A program made the translations under genes and the position numbers. This document shows, in pieces, positions 46,016-53,480 of a stretch of DNA of 64,000 bases. The first letter of the stretch is position 1; the number at the start of each line of letters is the position of its first letter. The notes beneath the pieces are model-generated. The model had not been told where the DNA came from, ran no database searches, and was given only the letters and a program-made list of their open reading frames with translations. The stretch comes from a virus (taxonomy: Duplodnaviria > Caudoviricetes): IMG/VR virus record IMGVR_UViG_3300027804_000068, positions 2,752 to 66,751 of that record; one strand, 5' to 3'.

Positions 46016-46058
46016 GGATTACCTCGGATAGTTTGGATTCGGGGGATTACTCGGATAG
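46016..46058 (-). repeat. direct repeat in the g32 leader
   Basis: CTATCCGAG(G)TAATCC twice (46044-46058, 46016-46031). Confidence 0.8.
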
Positions 46059-46085
46059 TATAACAGAAATTGCCTCAATGGTCAA
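46057..46085 (-). promoter_or_regulatory. sigma70 promoter for g32
   Basis: TTGACC-N17-TATACT. Confidence 0.8.
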
Positions 46086-46407
46086 TGAATTGCTTGAGGG
46101 ACTCAATGGTTTTGTTCATACTACTGAATAATATATTCATATCAGTCTCTGGTGGGAAACCCATCAGTGCCACTGATTTGCGAAGGTTCTCTTTCATTTC
46201 AACCGCTTCGGGGTCGTCTGAAAGGGACAACCTAGTATACATCACTCTCTGCTTTTCTAGCAAGAGCTCAAGTTTCTCAATGTGTTCCAGTTTGGTCTCA
46301 CGGGACATACCACCAAAGGTGAGAATACTTCCGTAAATCTCTTCTTGCAACTTATTAATTTCTTTCAGTTCTTCTTGAATAATATCGGAGTCAAAAAAGC
46401 TACTCAT
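46075..46407 (-). CDS. conserved protein (DUF1825-like)
   Basis: FFDSDIIQEEL...QRVMYTRLSLSDD; position between g59 and g32. Confidence 0.7.
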   Translation of the reverse strand: MSSFFDSDIIQEELKEINKLQEEIYGSILTFGGMSRETKLEHIEKLELLLEKQRVMYTRLSLSDDPEAVEMKENLRKSVALMGFPPETDMNILFSSMNKTIESLKQFIDH

Positions 46408-46996
46408 CTATGATTTCCCTTAAAATCTTCTTGAATTGAAACACATCTGTATTTAGAAATGGAGAATATTTTTTAATTTTTAAGCTGACGGTTTCCCACA
46501 CAGGGTCAAGAAGTTTCTTATCAAAATCTTTTACGATTGAAAATATTTTGTCGTAAATTACGAATGTTTCTGGCGATAATTTCCCGCTTAGAAATCTTTT
46601 GAGAACCATTGGATGTCCTTTGGAACAATTGAACACAGTTTCTAATTCGTTCTCGGAGAACAATTCCGTTGATTGTTCTTTGAACAAGTAGGTCAAACTC
46701 TGTTGCCTCTTTTTCCAATCCGAATAAACTTTTTCCCCTTCGGTTATTAAAGAACCAATCCATATCGCAGAGTTACTTTCAGATTGAACAAAATTAGACA
46801 CTAAAAAATCAATAATTTCTTCGTCTTTGAATTTTCTACTTGTTTTCTCAAACCAGTATTTATCGGCACGACGGTTAAAGCTAGTTAAAGAAGCACGAAC
46901 TTTTTTATTGTATTTGAAGTAATCATACTTCTCATTACTAAAATGTGATTTTAGAGCAAGGTATTCACAATAAACTTGATAGGGCGTCACCTTCAA
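46400..46996 (-). CDS. g59: helicase loader gp59
   Basis: YLALKSHF...YDYFKYN...F..R.DKYWFEK...KIKKYSPFL; TTG start. Confidence 0.9.
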   Translation of the reverse strand: MKVTPYQVYCEYLALKSHFSNEKYDYFKYNKKVRASLTSFNRRADKYWFEKTSRKFKDEEIIDFLVSNFVQSESNSAIWIGSLITEGEKVYSDWKKRQQSLTYLFKEQSTELFSENELETVFNCSKGHPMVLKRFLSGKLSPETFVIYDKIFSIVKDFDKKLLDPVWETVSLKIKKYSPFLNTDVFQFKKILREIIDE

Positions 46997-47044
46997 AGTG
47001 CTATATTATAACTCTATGTATTATAGCATAATTCAAGAACGGAA

Positions 47045-47764
47045 TCAATCTGTCTTTTTAAATTTTTTCTTATCCCACTTATCTTTATTTTTCTGATAAT
47101 ATTCTTTCATATAAGTTTTTCGTTTTTCTATATTACTCTCTTTATTTTTATTTTTCCTACCCATAGCATAACCTATTGGAATATCTCCATCAACAGGAAT
47201 AAATTTTTCTATTTCTCCATTAGTAATCCAACATTTATTAACACCAACTAGCCAAGGAGTTTGTCTTCCTTTACTTGACTCACTTATCTTTTGTTTATGA
47301 GTTTCACTTAAAGTTTTTCCTTTATTCCATACTTTCCTGCCCTTAAGAGATAAACTTAATTTTTTCTTTGCTTCATCAGATAAAGGTTTTCCTTTTTTTC
47401 CACGTAAAGAATCTCCAACTCTTTTCTTGTGCTCTTCTGATAATTTTTTTCCTTTATGAGATTTACTTATTAAAATTTTTGTTTCTTCAGTATGCTTATA
47501 TCCAGATACACCATCACCACCATTAGTTTTATTTCTCAATATTCCAGTTTTCAAATCCTTTCTACCGAAGACAGCAATCATATACTTTTCATGTCTAAAT
47601 GCCTCTTCTTCTGTTAGATTTTGTTTGAGAAATATAATTCTTGATTTGTATTTTGGTGGTTTTATTTCACCTTTACTTTTATTAAAAATTCTATTTTTTT
47701 CACCCTTACCAATATAATAAGGTGTTCTGTCTTCACGCAAATATGCGTAAGTATAGTATTCCAT
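47045..47764 (-). mobile_element. free-standing GIY-YIG endonuclease with NUMOD3 repeats
   Basis: YYTYAY...PYYIGKG...LRNKTNGGDG; HTEETK/LSEEHK/LSDEAK/LSETHK repeats; start MEYY at 47764. Confidence 0.88.
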
Positions 47765-47766
47765 CT

Positions 47767-47853
47767 GCTTTTTGTTTGTGGTAATACTATTTATACAAGA
47801 AAAGGAGCATTTCTGCTCCCACTCTTTGCTTTTGAATAACCACAAACAAAAGC
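47767..47853 (-). promoter_or_regulatory. late promoter nested inside a long stem covering the endonuclease start region
   Basis: IR 47836-47853/47767-47785 (13-bp perfect core); TATAAATA 47788-47795; inner GGAGCA-GAAA-TGCTCC hairpin. Confidence 0.75.
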
Positions 47854-47870
47854 ACTACTATTTATTACAA

Positions 47871-48128
47871 TTATAGAGGCAAACGAGCACGGGAGGTTTT
47901 CTTCATAAAGTTAAGACGAGTTGCGTCCCACTTTAGTTTCTCTTTCAAAGGTTTTGAAATGAGTTTCACCACCGATTCTACCTCAAGACTATTGGATTCG
48001 CAATAGTGGACGATTGCATCAATATAGTTGAAGTTTTCTTCAGCTACAATTTTTTCAATCTCAAGGGCAAATTTTGAAGGAGTTAAAAACTTACTTTCTA
48101 TTGCTTGTTCTAATTCTTTATTTGGTTC
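47871..48128 (-). CDS. g33: late transcription coactivator gp33
   Basis: KFALEIEKIV...YIDAIVHYC...KLISKPLKEKL...LNFMKKTSRARLP; start MEPNKE. Confidence 0.9.
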   Translation of the reverse strand, partial: EPNKELEQAIESKFLTPSKFALEIEKIVAEENFNYIDAIVHYCESNSLEVESVVKLISKPLKEKLKWDATRLNFMKKTSRARLPL

Positions 48129-48798
48129 CATAGAGTTCCAGTTTATCTCTAACAAACTTTCTAATGTATTCTGTGAGAAGTTTGATGTATTTTGTTTTGT
48201 CTCTTTCTTCATAAACGACGCATTCTCCATTTTCACAAGCCATGATGATTACAAGTTTTTTGACTGAAATACCAGTCAGTTCGTAAAGCATACAACCATA
48301 TGCCATACACTGAACAAAATAATGTTCGATCCACTCGCGTGGTTTTGGTTTTTTAGAAGTCTTAAAGTCGATTATCGCTAACTCGCCGTCATATTCGGCA
48401 ATACAATCAACTGTCCCAGCAATACCTAGTTGCTTACTATATAGGGACCCTTCAAGGGCGTAAATATTATTTATGCGATTTATCTCCGTTTTCGCAATCT
48501 TAAAAAGAAAATCCGCAATCGGCGCAACAGACGGCAAATCTTGATTCTTAAGGTAGTGCTCCGTAAGAGAATGCATATCCGTGCCGCGAGAAGTCGCCGC
48601 CTTAGTAACCTTATCAGCTTCCTCCTCACCGACCTTTTTACGCCAATTGACAAAGATTTCACGATTAAAATGACTCGTAATGGAAGTAATAGAAACTAGT
48701 TTAAGTAGTTCTTCTTCATCAGGCACAGAATAATATCTTACATCATCAATTGTTTCACGCTCCAACTGGGGGAGTTCAATATCAATATGATTAAACAT
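48118..48798 (-). CDS. PD-(D/E)xK exonuclease (RecB/Cas4-like)
   Basis: RGT.MH...AGTVDCIAEYDGELAIIDFKTS. Confidence 0.88.
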   Translation of the reverse strand: MFNHIDIELPQLERETIDDVRYYSVPDEEELLKLVSITSITSHFNREIFVNWRKKVGEEEADKVTKAATSRGTDMHSLTEHYLKNQDLPSVAPIADFLFKIAKTEINRINNIYALEGSLYSKQLGIAGTVDCIAEYDGELAIIDFKTSKKPKPREWIEHYFVQCMAYGCMLYELTGISVKKLVIIMACENGECVVYEERDKTKYIKLLTEYIRKFVRDKLELYGTK

Positions 48799-49553
48799 CA
48801 AAAACCAGCATCCATTTTCGCAATAATGTATTCTTTAACAAGTCCAGAACGAACAATATCGTCTACACCAAATTCAATTATATCAAATGATGGCATTTTA
48901 CGCAATACTGACATAAAATCTACAATACCATTACGCTCATTTGTTTTCTGTAAGTCTGATTGAGAAGCATCACCACAGAAACAAATCTTGGTATTCTCAC
49001 CAACACGAGTAATAATAGAATCTAGTTCGTGGAAGTTTAGATTCTGAAACTCATCAACAATAATAATAGCATTATCAAGCGTGGTTCCACGAAGAAAAGA
49101 AGTGGACCAGAACTTAATAGTTTCCTGTGACTTTAGATTTCCATAAAGCATTTCAAAGTCAGCATCAGAAGGCATCTGGAACATATACTTCACCATATTC
49201 TTATAAGGAATCTGGTAAATGTCTGCCTTATCTTCATGAGATCCAGGTAGAAATCCAATCTCACGAGTTGCCACAAGTGAACGAACAAGATAAATTCTCT
49301 CATAAGGAGTTCTTTCATCTAAAACATCACAGAGAGCGTTATATAGAGTGATGAATGTTTTACCTGTTCCAGCACACCCATAAGCAATTAGATGTTTTCC
49401 TGCTGCATAAGATTCAAATAATCTTTTTTGATTATCGGTAAGAGGATCAATATCTACCAAATATTCAGAACTCAGAGGTTTTCTCCTCTTCATTTGCTTC
49501 GCAGTTAAACCAACTCCGATAGGTTGATCATTCGTTCTTTTTCTTCTTGCCAT
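48798..49553 (-). CDS. phoH: PhoH-family ATPase
   Basis: GCAGTGKT; FLRGTTLD; DEFQN; GDASQSDL; VRSGLV. Confidence 0.95.
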   Translation of the reverse strand: MARRKRTNDQPIGVGLTAKQMKRRKPLSSEYLVDIDPLTDNQKRLFESYAAGKHLIAYGCAGTGKTFITLYNALCDVLDERTPYERIYLVRSLVATREIGFLPGSHEDKADIYQIPYKNMVKYMFQMPSDADFEMLYGNLKSQETIKFWSTSFLRGTTLDNAIIIVDEFQNLNFHELDSIITRVGENTKICFCGDASQSDLQKTNERNGIVDFMSVLRKMPSFDIIEFGVDDIVRSGLVKEYIIAKMDAGF

Positions 49554-49801
49554 TAGAGTTTCTTTACAGTTGAACCAGGTGCCTTGCTGGCTTTTTCTAA
49601 TACATCATTCCATCCAGGATTGCGATTGATGAGTTTATTTCTCCACTCACCAACTTCTCCAGGAGAAGGGCAAGTAGAAGGATCAGACCAATCACGAGTC
49701 CAATCTGGGTTATCTTTTTTCCACTGGTCCCAGTCGTGGATACTCATTTCCACTTCTTTCTGTTCACCAGTTTTTGTATTCACTACGGGGTACGTTGGCA
49801 T
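49553..49801 (-). CDS. conserved hypothetical protein
   Basis: MPTYPV.N..TGE; position between thyX and phoH. Confidence 0.8.
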   Translation of the reverse strand: MPTYPVVNTKTGEQKEVEMSIHDWDQWKKDNPDWTRDWSDPSTCPSPGEVGEWRNKLINRNPGWNDVLEKASKAPGSTVKKL

Positions 49802-49825
49802 TGTTATAAAATCAAGATAATTTAT

Positions 49826-50461
49826 TTAGACCCATTCAAGAGCTTCTGCAACTGTTGGGAATTGTTCGGAAAACACCTTCTTACATTCCAAGGCAATATC
49901 CATATGCTCTTTTTGAGTTCCGTGAGCAGAACGAAGATTGATGTAGTGAATCCAACTACGACAAGAACCCGTCATGTAAATGCGCGTAGGAGTCGCCAGA
50001 GGCAGGACAAACCTTGCACACTCCTTGGCAACACCATGATCAAGAAGTTCCTTGTAGAGGCGCATAGAGTGTGCAAAATGGTCTTGAATCTTGCTCTGAA
50101 GAGTCAGTTTTTCATATTCTGGAATATCATCAATCGAGTTCTGACGATTCTTGGTGTCCTGACGGCGAAGGTCAGGAACAGGAATATAATCACTCAACAA
50201 AGAACTATCTGCGTAACGCTGCGAAAACTCTTGAAACGTGAAACTACGGTGACGCAAAATTTGTGCTGCAATTCCACGAGTTGTTTCAATCTCAAGACTC
50301 ATAGTGCTCTGCTCAAAAACAGACCAATGATTGTGCTTAATACAATAACGTAGCAAACCCGCATAGTTTTCAGAATCTTGATTCGCTGGATTAGAAACTC
50401 TAGCAATATATGCCATTGTTTGTTCTGCATCGGGAGTCACGCTGATAAGTTTTACAGTCAT
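49826..50461 (-). CDS. thyX: FAD-dependent thymidylate synthase
   Basis: RHRSFTFQEFSQRYA signature; KECARFVLP; TQKEH. Confidence 0.96.
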   Translation of the reverse strand: MTVKLISVTPDAEQTMAYIARVSNPANQDSENYAGLLRYCIKHNHWSVFEQSTMSLEIETTRGIAAQILRHRSFTFQEFSQRYADSSLLSDYIPVPDLRRQDTKNRQNSIDDIPEYEKLTLQSKIQDHFAHSMRLYKELLDHGVAKECARFVLPLATPTRIYMTGSCRSWIHYINLRSAHGTQKEHMDIALECKKVFSEQFPTVAEALEWV

Positions 50462-50622
50462 TTACCAAATCCTTTTGATGTTTTCTTTTCTAGTTCTGCA
50501 AGTTCCTGTTTCAGTACTCGCAATTGTTTTTTCATTTCAATTAATTTTTCAGGAGAATATAAGTGCTCCTGTTTTGCCATTCTTTCAAGCAACTTTACCA
50601 ATTCTCTTGCTCTACTAGTCAT
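50458..50622 (-). CDS. hypothetical protein, 54 aa
   Basis: manual translation MTSRARELVKLLERM...KGFGK. Confidence 0.65.
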   Translation of the reverse strand: MTSRARELVKLLERMAKQEHLYSPEKLIEMKKQLRVLKQELAELEKKTSKGFGK

Positions 50623-50788
50623 CTAAATCAGAATCCTCAAAAATTTCGTCGTAATCTAAAATTGGTCTTTTTCTTACCTCTGGATTTGTATAAGAATATG
50701 CAGATACATCAGAATAAACTTCTGCTTTCAAAGAATCAACCAAGAGTTCTAGATTACGAACAATGAGTTTTAGTTTGTCTCTGTCCAT
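50615..50788 (-). CDS. hypothetical protein, 57 aa
   Basis: manual translation MDRDKLKLIVRNLELLVDSLKAEVYSD... Confidence 0.7.
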   Translation of the reverse strand: MDRDKLKLIVRNLELLVDSLKAEVYSDVSAYSYTNPEVRKRPILDYDEIFEDSDLDD

Positions 50789-50819
50789 AAAGTGCTATTC
50801 TCTGTGGGTATTTTAGCAT

Positions 50820-50847
50820 AAAAAAAGGAGGGGATCAACCCTCCTTT
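50820..50847 (-). terminator. Rho-independent terminator
   Basis: AAGGAGGG/CCCTCCTT stem + T run on minus. Confidence 0.85.
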
Positions 50848-50850
50848 ATA

Positions 50851-50952
50851 TCAAGCAACTTGTGGTTGCTTCGCCATATTCAGTTGTGCGTTATGAAGGA
50901 GTTTCTCCTTTTTTGCTTTGAGTTTGAGATAGCGAACGAAGTAAGTATTCAT
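50851..50952 (-). CDS. small basic peptide, 33 aa
   Basis: manual translation MNTYFVRYLKLKAKKEKLL...; AAGGAGG RBS; ATGA overlap. Confidence 0.6.
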   Translation of the reverse strand: MNTYFVRYLKLKAKKEKLLHNAQLNMAKQPQVA

Positions 50953-51110
50953 TGTGATACCTCCTTGTTGTTATTGCAAGGACGATATGCTACTCCACGA
51001 TATGTATTTTGTGGATGTGCAGGAGCATGAGTTTGGTTATACCAAGAGACATACTCTTTTTTTGCATCTTCGGTGTTATACTTACACCCTCTATAAGTGA
51101 CTTGTGACAT
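50949..51110 (-). CDS. DUF4278-like small protein, 53 aa
   Basis: MSQVTYRGCKY...TYRGVAY; AAGGAG RBS at 51119-51124. Confidence 0.75.
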   Translation of the reverse strand: MSQVTYRGCKYNTEDAKKEYVSWYNQTHAPAHPQNTYRGVAYRPCNNNKEVSQ

Positions 51111-51142
51111 TAGGTTTTCTCCTTAATTTTGAGGCTAAAGAG

Positions 51143-51311
51143 CGTTCCTTCAGTCGGCTTTTGCGTCTATTTTGCACTCTTTTGGAGTAATCTGTTTGAT
51201 TTCCCAAACCAAGTCATTTTTTGCTTGTTTTGGAATATCAACCTTATAGATTCTCCCAACCATTAACTGTGCTTGTAGGCAAGTTAAAATGAGCGTTTCC
51301 ATAGATGAACG
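51143..51311 (-). ncRNA. glutamine-riboswitch-like aptamer 2 (Downstream-peptide/glnA-like) with an ORF in the P2 loop
   Basis: CGTTCA-TCTAT...ATAGA-CGCAAAAGCCGACTGAA-GGAACG. Confidence 0.65.
51150..51302 (-). CDS. nested peptide, 50 aa (C-x34-C)
   Basis: manual translation METLILTCLQAQLMVGRI...EIKQITPKECKIDAKAD. Confidence 0.65.
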   Translation of the reverse strand: METLILTCLQAQLMVGRIYKVDIPKQAKNDLVWEIKQITPKECKIDAKAD

Positions 51312-51314
51312 ATC

Positions 51315-51565
51315 CGTTCCGAGTCGGCTTACTTCCGTCCTATTCAGTTTAGCACTTAAGTTTCACAACATCCTTTCGGAGTTCTGATAGCAATCGGTCT
51401 TCTTTTCTTTGGTCTACTACATCGTCGTTTTTAACGATGTCCATTAGTTCCCACGCTGCGTCACAACTTATGGTCACTTGATTGGATTTGGCAAGTTGAG
51501 GTGTAGAGATAGAAAGAAGTGGAACCCATGCTAAAAGCAAAAGTGCTTTAGTCATAGGATGAACG
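51315..51565 (-). ncRNA. glutamine-riboswitch-like aptamer 1 (glnA-like) with an ORF in the P2 loop
   Basis: CGTTCA-TCCTAT...ATAGGA-CGGAAGTAAG-CCGACTC-GGAACG. Confidence 0.65.
51349..51555 (-). CDS. nested peptide, 68 aa (signal-like N-terminus, C-x36-C)
   Basis: ORF track; ATG is part of the P2 5' strand. Confidence 0.7.
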   Translation of the reverse strand: MTKALLLLAWVPLLSISTPQLAKSNQVTISCDAAWELMDIVKNDDVVDQRKEDRLLSELRKDVVKLKC

Positions 51566-51575
51566 TTAGGGGAAT

Positions 51576-51605
51576 ATTATACCCCTATCCATCCTATATA
51601 TGCAA
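51576..51605 (-). promoter_or_regulatory. sigma70-type promoter
   Basis: TTGCAT-N18-TATAAT, -10 ends 10 nt before aptamer 1. Confidence 0.65.
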
Positions 51606-51657
51606 GTTTTGTGTGGAAACGGTAATAATAGATACAAAATAGTATCGATATTATACT

Positions 51658-51689
51658 AAAAAACGTGAAGATTTATAAAAACCTTCACG
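51658..51689 (-). terminator. Rho-independent terminator
   Basis: CGTGAAG/CTTCACG stem + T6. Confidence 0.7.
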
Positions 51690-51730
51690 CGGGAAAATTT
51701 TGCCGGAGAAATTTTGCCCCATCTGGGAAA

Positions 51731-52033
51731 TCACTTTCGCTTTTTGGTTTTGGGTGCTTGATAACCCCATGTCTTTGGATTGTATCTGCCATATCCAAAA
51801 CTAATGCTTTTTAGATTCTCACGAAACTTATCCCAATACATATCAAACAAACGAGTTCTCGTACCTCGTGTAAGATCATAGCAAAGGTTATCATCTACCA
51901 CGTACTTAACAATATAAGCATCATTAGGTGCTTCTTTAGTGCGAACATCATCATATGAACCATTTTCTAGAATAATCTCACAACCGTAGCGCGATTTGCA
52001 GGTTTCTTTTTCTGCTGTTGTCCAATGGTCCAT
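51731..52033 (-). CDS. conserved hypothetical protein
   Basis: ORF track (52084 start); MDHWT start preferred. Confidence 0.75.
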   Translation of the reverse strand: MDHWTTAEKETCKSRYGCEIILENGSYDDVRTKEAPNDAYIVKYVVDDNLCYDLTRGTRTRLFDMYWDKFRENLKSISFGYGRYNPKTWGYQAPKTKKRK

Positions 52034-52065
52034 ATGCTTTTCCTGTGTCTTTTCAACAACTTGAC

Positions 52066-52686
52066 TCACGAACGACCTCCCCAATGAATATCGGGATATG
52101 CTTCAGAAACAATTTCTTTTGTAATCTTATACTTATCCACAAGTTTTTTATCTTTTACAAGGCAAATAATTTCTGCTTCTAATGGATGAAGTCCTTGAAG
52201 AAGATTAATGAACATTGACTCCCTACGAATATTGTTGAGACCATCATTACCACCTTTAATAAAGTGATAGAAGTTCTTATATTCTTTGCGAATTGTCGTA
52301 TGACCTTGCTTATCGCTAGAACCTAGTGAGAAGGATCCAGTTTCATGCATTCTACGAACTTCTTCTGTAATTTTTGTAGAGAGATTACCAGAATGAATGG
52401 TTTGATCTTCAAATGCAGAGTATGGAACTGGTCCTTCGGGAAGCATTGAAACTATACTCTCGTCAAAGTTCCAAATTAAAATCGCTTTTAAGCAAGGTTC
52501 TGCATATTTAACTAGAACTTCTACTTTTTTAGCATTACTTTTTTGTTTCGATACTAAATCAAGAACTTCAAAAAGGAATGGGTTTCTAGGTAAATTAGGA
52601 ATTACCGCAGGAGCAACAGGTTTCTTAGCTGTTACTACTTGAGATTTAGTTGTCGTCTTCTGTGTTGTCTTCTTCGTCGTAGTCAT
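52066..52686 (-). CDS. conserved T4-like hypothetical protein
   Basis: LPEGPVPY...RRESMFINLLQGLHPLEAEII; track start 52698. Confidence 0.8.
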   Translation of the reverse strand: MTTTKKTTQKTTTKSQVVTAKKPVAPAVIPNLPRNPFLFEVLDLVSKQKSNAKKVEVLVKYAEPCLKAILIWNFDESIVSMLPEGPVPYSAFEDQTIHSGNLSTKITEEVRRMHETGSFSLGSSDKQGHTTIRKEYKNFYHFIKGGNDGLNNIRRESMFINLLQGLHPLEAEIICLVKDKKLVDKYKITKEIVSEAYPDIHWGGRS

Positions 52687-52879
52687 GATAGTTTTCAAAG
52701 TTAAATGCGATCACCTCATCTGGAATCAAGTTTCCCTGATTATCAAACATTTCGGGGTGAGGTCTTGGAATTTCCCGATAGTTCATCATATATTCTCGTG
52801 CTACCCAACCTACCATTACCCCCACTATAAGAAACAAAACGGTTAGAAAGGAACCGAATACTAAACTAACTGCTAACAT
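52646..52879 (-). CDS. small membrane protein
   Basis: N-terminal TM; HPEMFD..GN. Confidence 0.75.
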   Translation of the reverse strand: MLAVSLVFGSFLTVLFLIVGVMVGWVAREYMMNYREIPRPHPEMFDNQGNLIPDEVIAFNFENYHDYDEEDNTEDDN

Positions 52880-53081
52880 TTCTTTTTCTCCGGGAAACTA
52901 CTTTTCTTTTCCTTGACTTTAAGGAAAACTCAAAATAGACAGTTACTTCCCGATTTAGAAAGCAAACTATCTTCTCAAAAATGATGTGAAATGGTTGAGT
53001 TTGCTTTCTTTTACCTCCATTAAGAATAAGTTCAACACCACGATTTTTGTGGTTAGAATTATTTATGTTAGGATTATACAA
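52866..53081 (-). CDS. hypothetical protein
   Basis: ORF track. Confidence 0.65.
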   Translation of the reverse strand: MYNPNINNSNHKNRGVELILNGGKRKQTQPFHIIFEKIVCFLNREVTVYFEFSLKSRKRKVVSRRKRNVSS

Positions 53082-53310
53082 TTTGGTTTTCTTTTAGGAA
53101 TTTTACAGTATCTGTACACCCACCAAGTTTTTTATCATTACAAACAACTTGAGGAAATGTAGATCCTTTACCAAATTCAGAATAAAATTCTTCTCTGGTA
53201 AAATGCTCCCCCAAATTATAAACCACAAAGCTGCTTCCTGTCAACTCTAATACTTTTTTTACCCGATAGCAATGTGGGCAACCCTCTTTTGAATAGACTA
53301 CAAAATTCAT
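53074..53310 (-). CDS. nrdC: glutaredoxin
   Basis: YSKEGCPHC...TFPQV...LGGCTD. Confidence 0.9.
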   Translation of the reverse strand: MNFVVYSKEGCPHCYRVKKVLELTGSSFVVYNLGEHFTREEFYSEFGKGSTFPQVVCNDKKLGGCTDTVKFLKENQIV

Positions 53311-53344
53311 AGTTATTAGATAGATTATTACTAATTTATAATAG

Positions 53345-53371
53345 AAAAAAGGAGGGTATAAAACCCTCCTT
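53345..53371 (-). terminator. Rho-independent terminator
   Basis: AAGGAGGG/CCCTCCTT stem + T6. Confidence 0.85.
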
Positions 53372-53445
53372 ATTATACCACCAACTCACCTCTCCCACCA
53401 CAGAGAAGTGGTCTTCATTCCCAATGATACAAGGATGTTGAAGAC
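53345..53445 (-). ncRNA. candidate ~100-nt small RNA
   Basis: consensus promoter, two hairpins, terminator, no plausible ORF. Confidence 0.45.
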
Positions 53446-53451
53446 TTGATT

Positions 53452-53480
53452 ATTATATAGGATTTTTTGAAAATTGTCAA
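53452..53480 (-). promoter_or_regulatory. consensus sigma70 promoter
   Basis: TTGACA-N17-TATAAT. Confidence 0.85.

Noticed and set aside
45171-46031. 286-aa plus-strand ORF
   Set aside because: Antisense shadow of g32; same codon-bias explanation
48118-50461. Introns or inteins in thyX, phoH or the exonuclease
   Set aside because: All are of normal length with uninterrupted motifs
51690-51725. GGCAAAATTT/AAAATTTTCC imperfect repeat before the terminator
   Set aside because: Low-complexity AT stem beside a clear terminator; not enough evidence for a separate element
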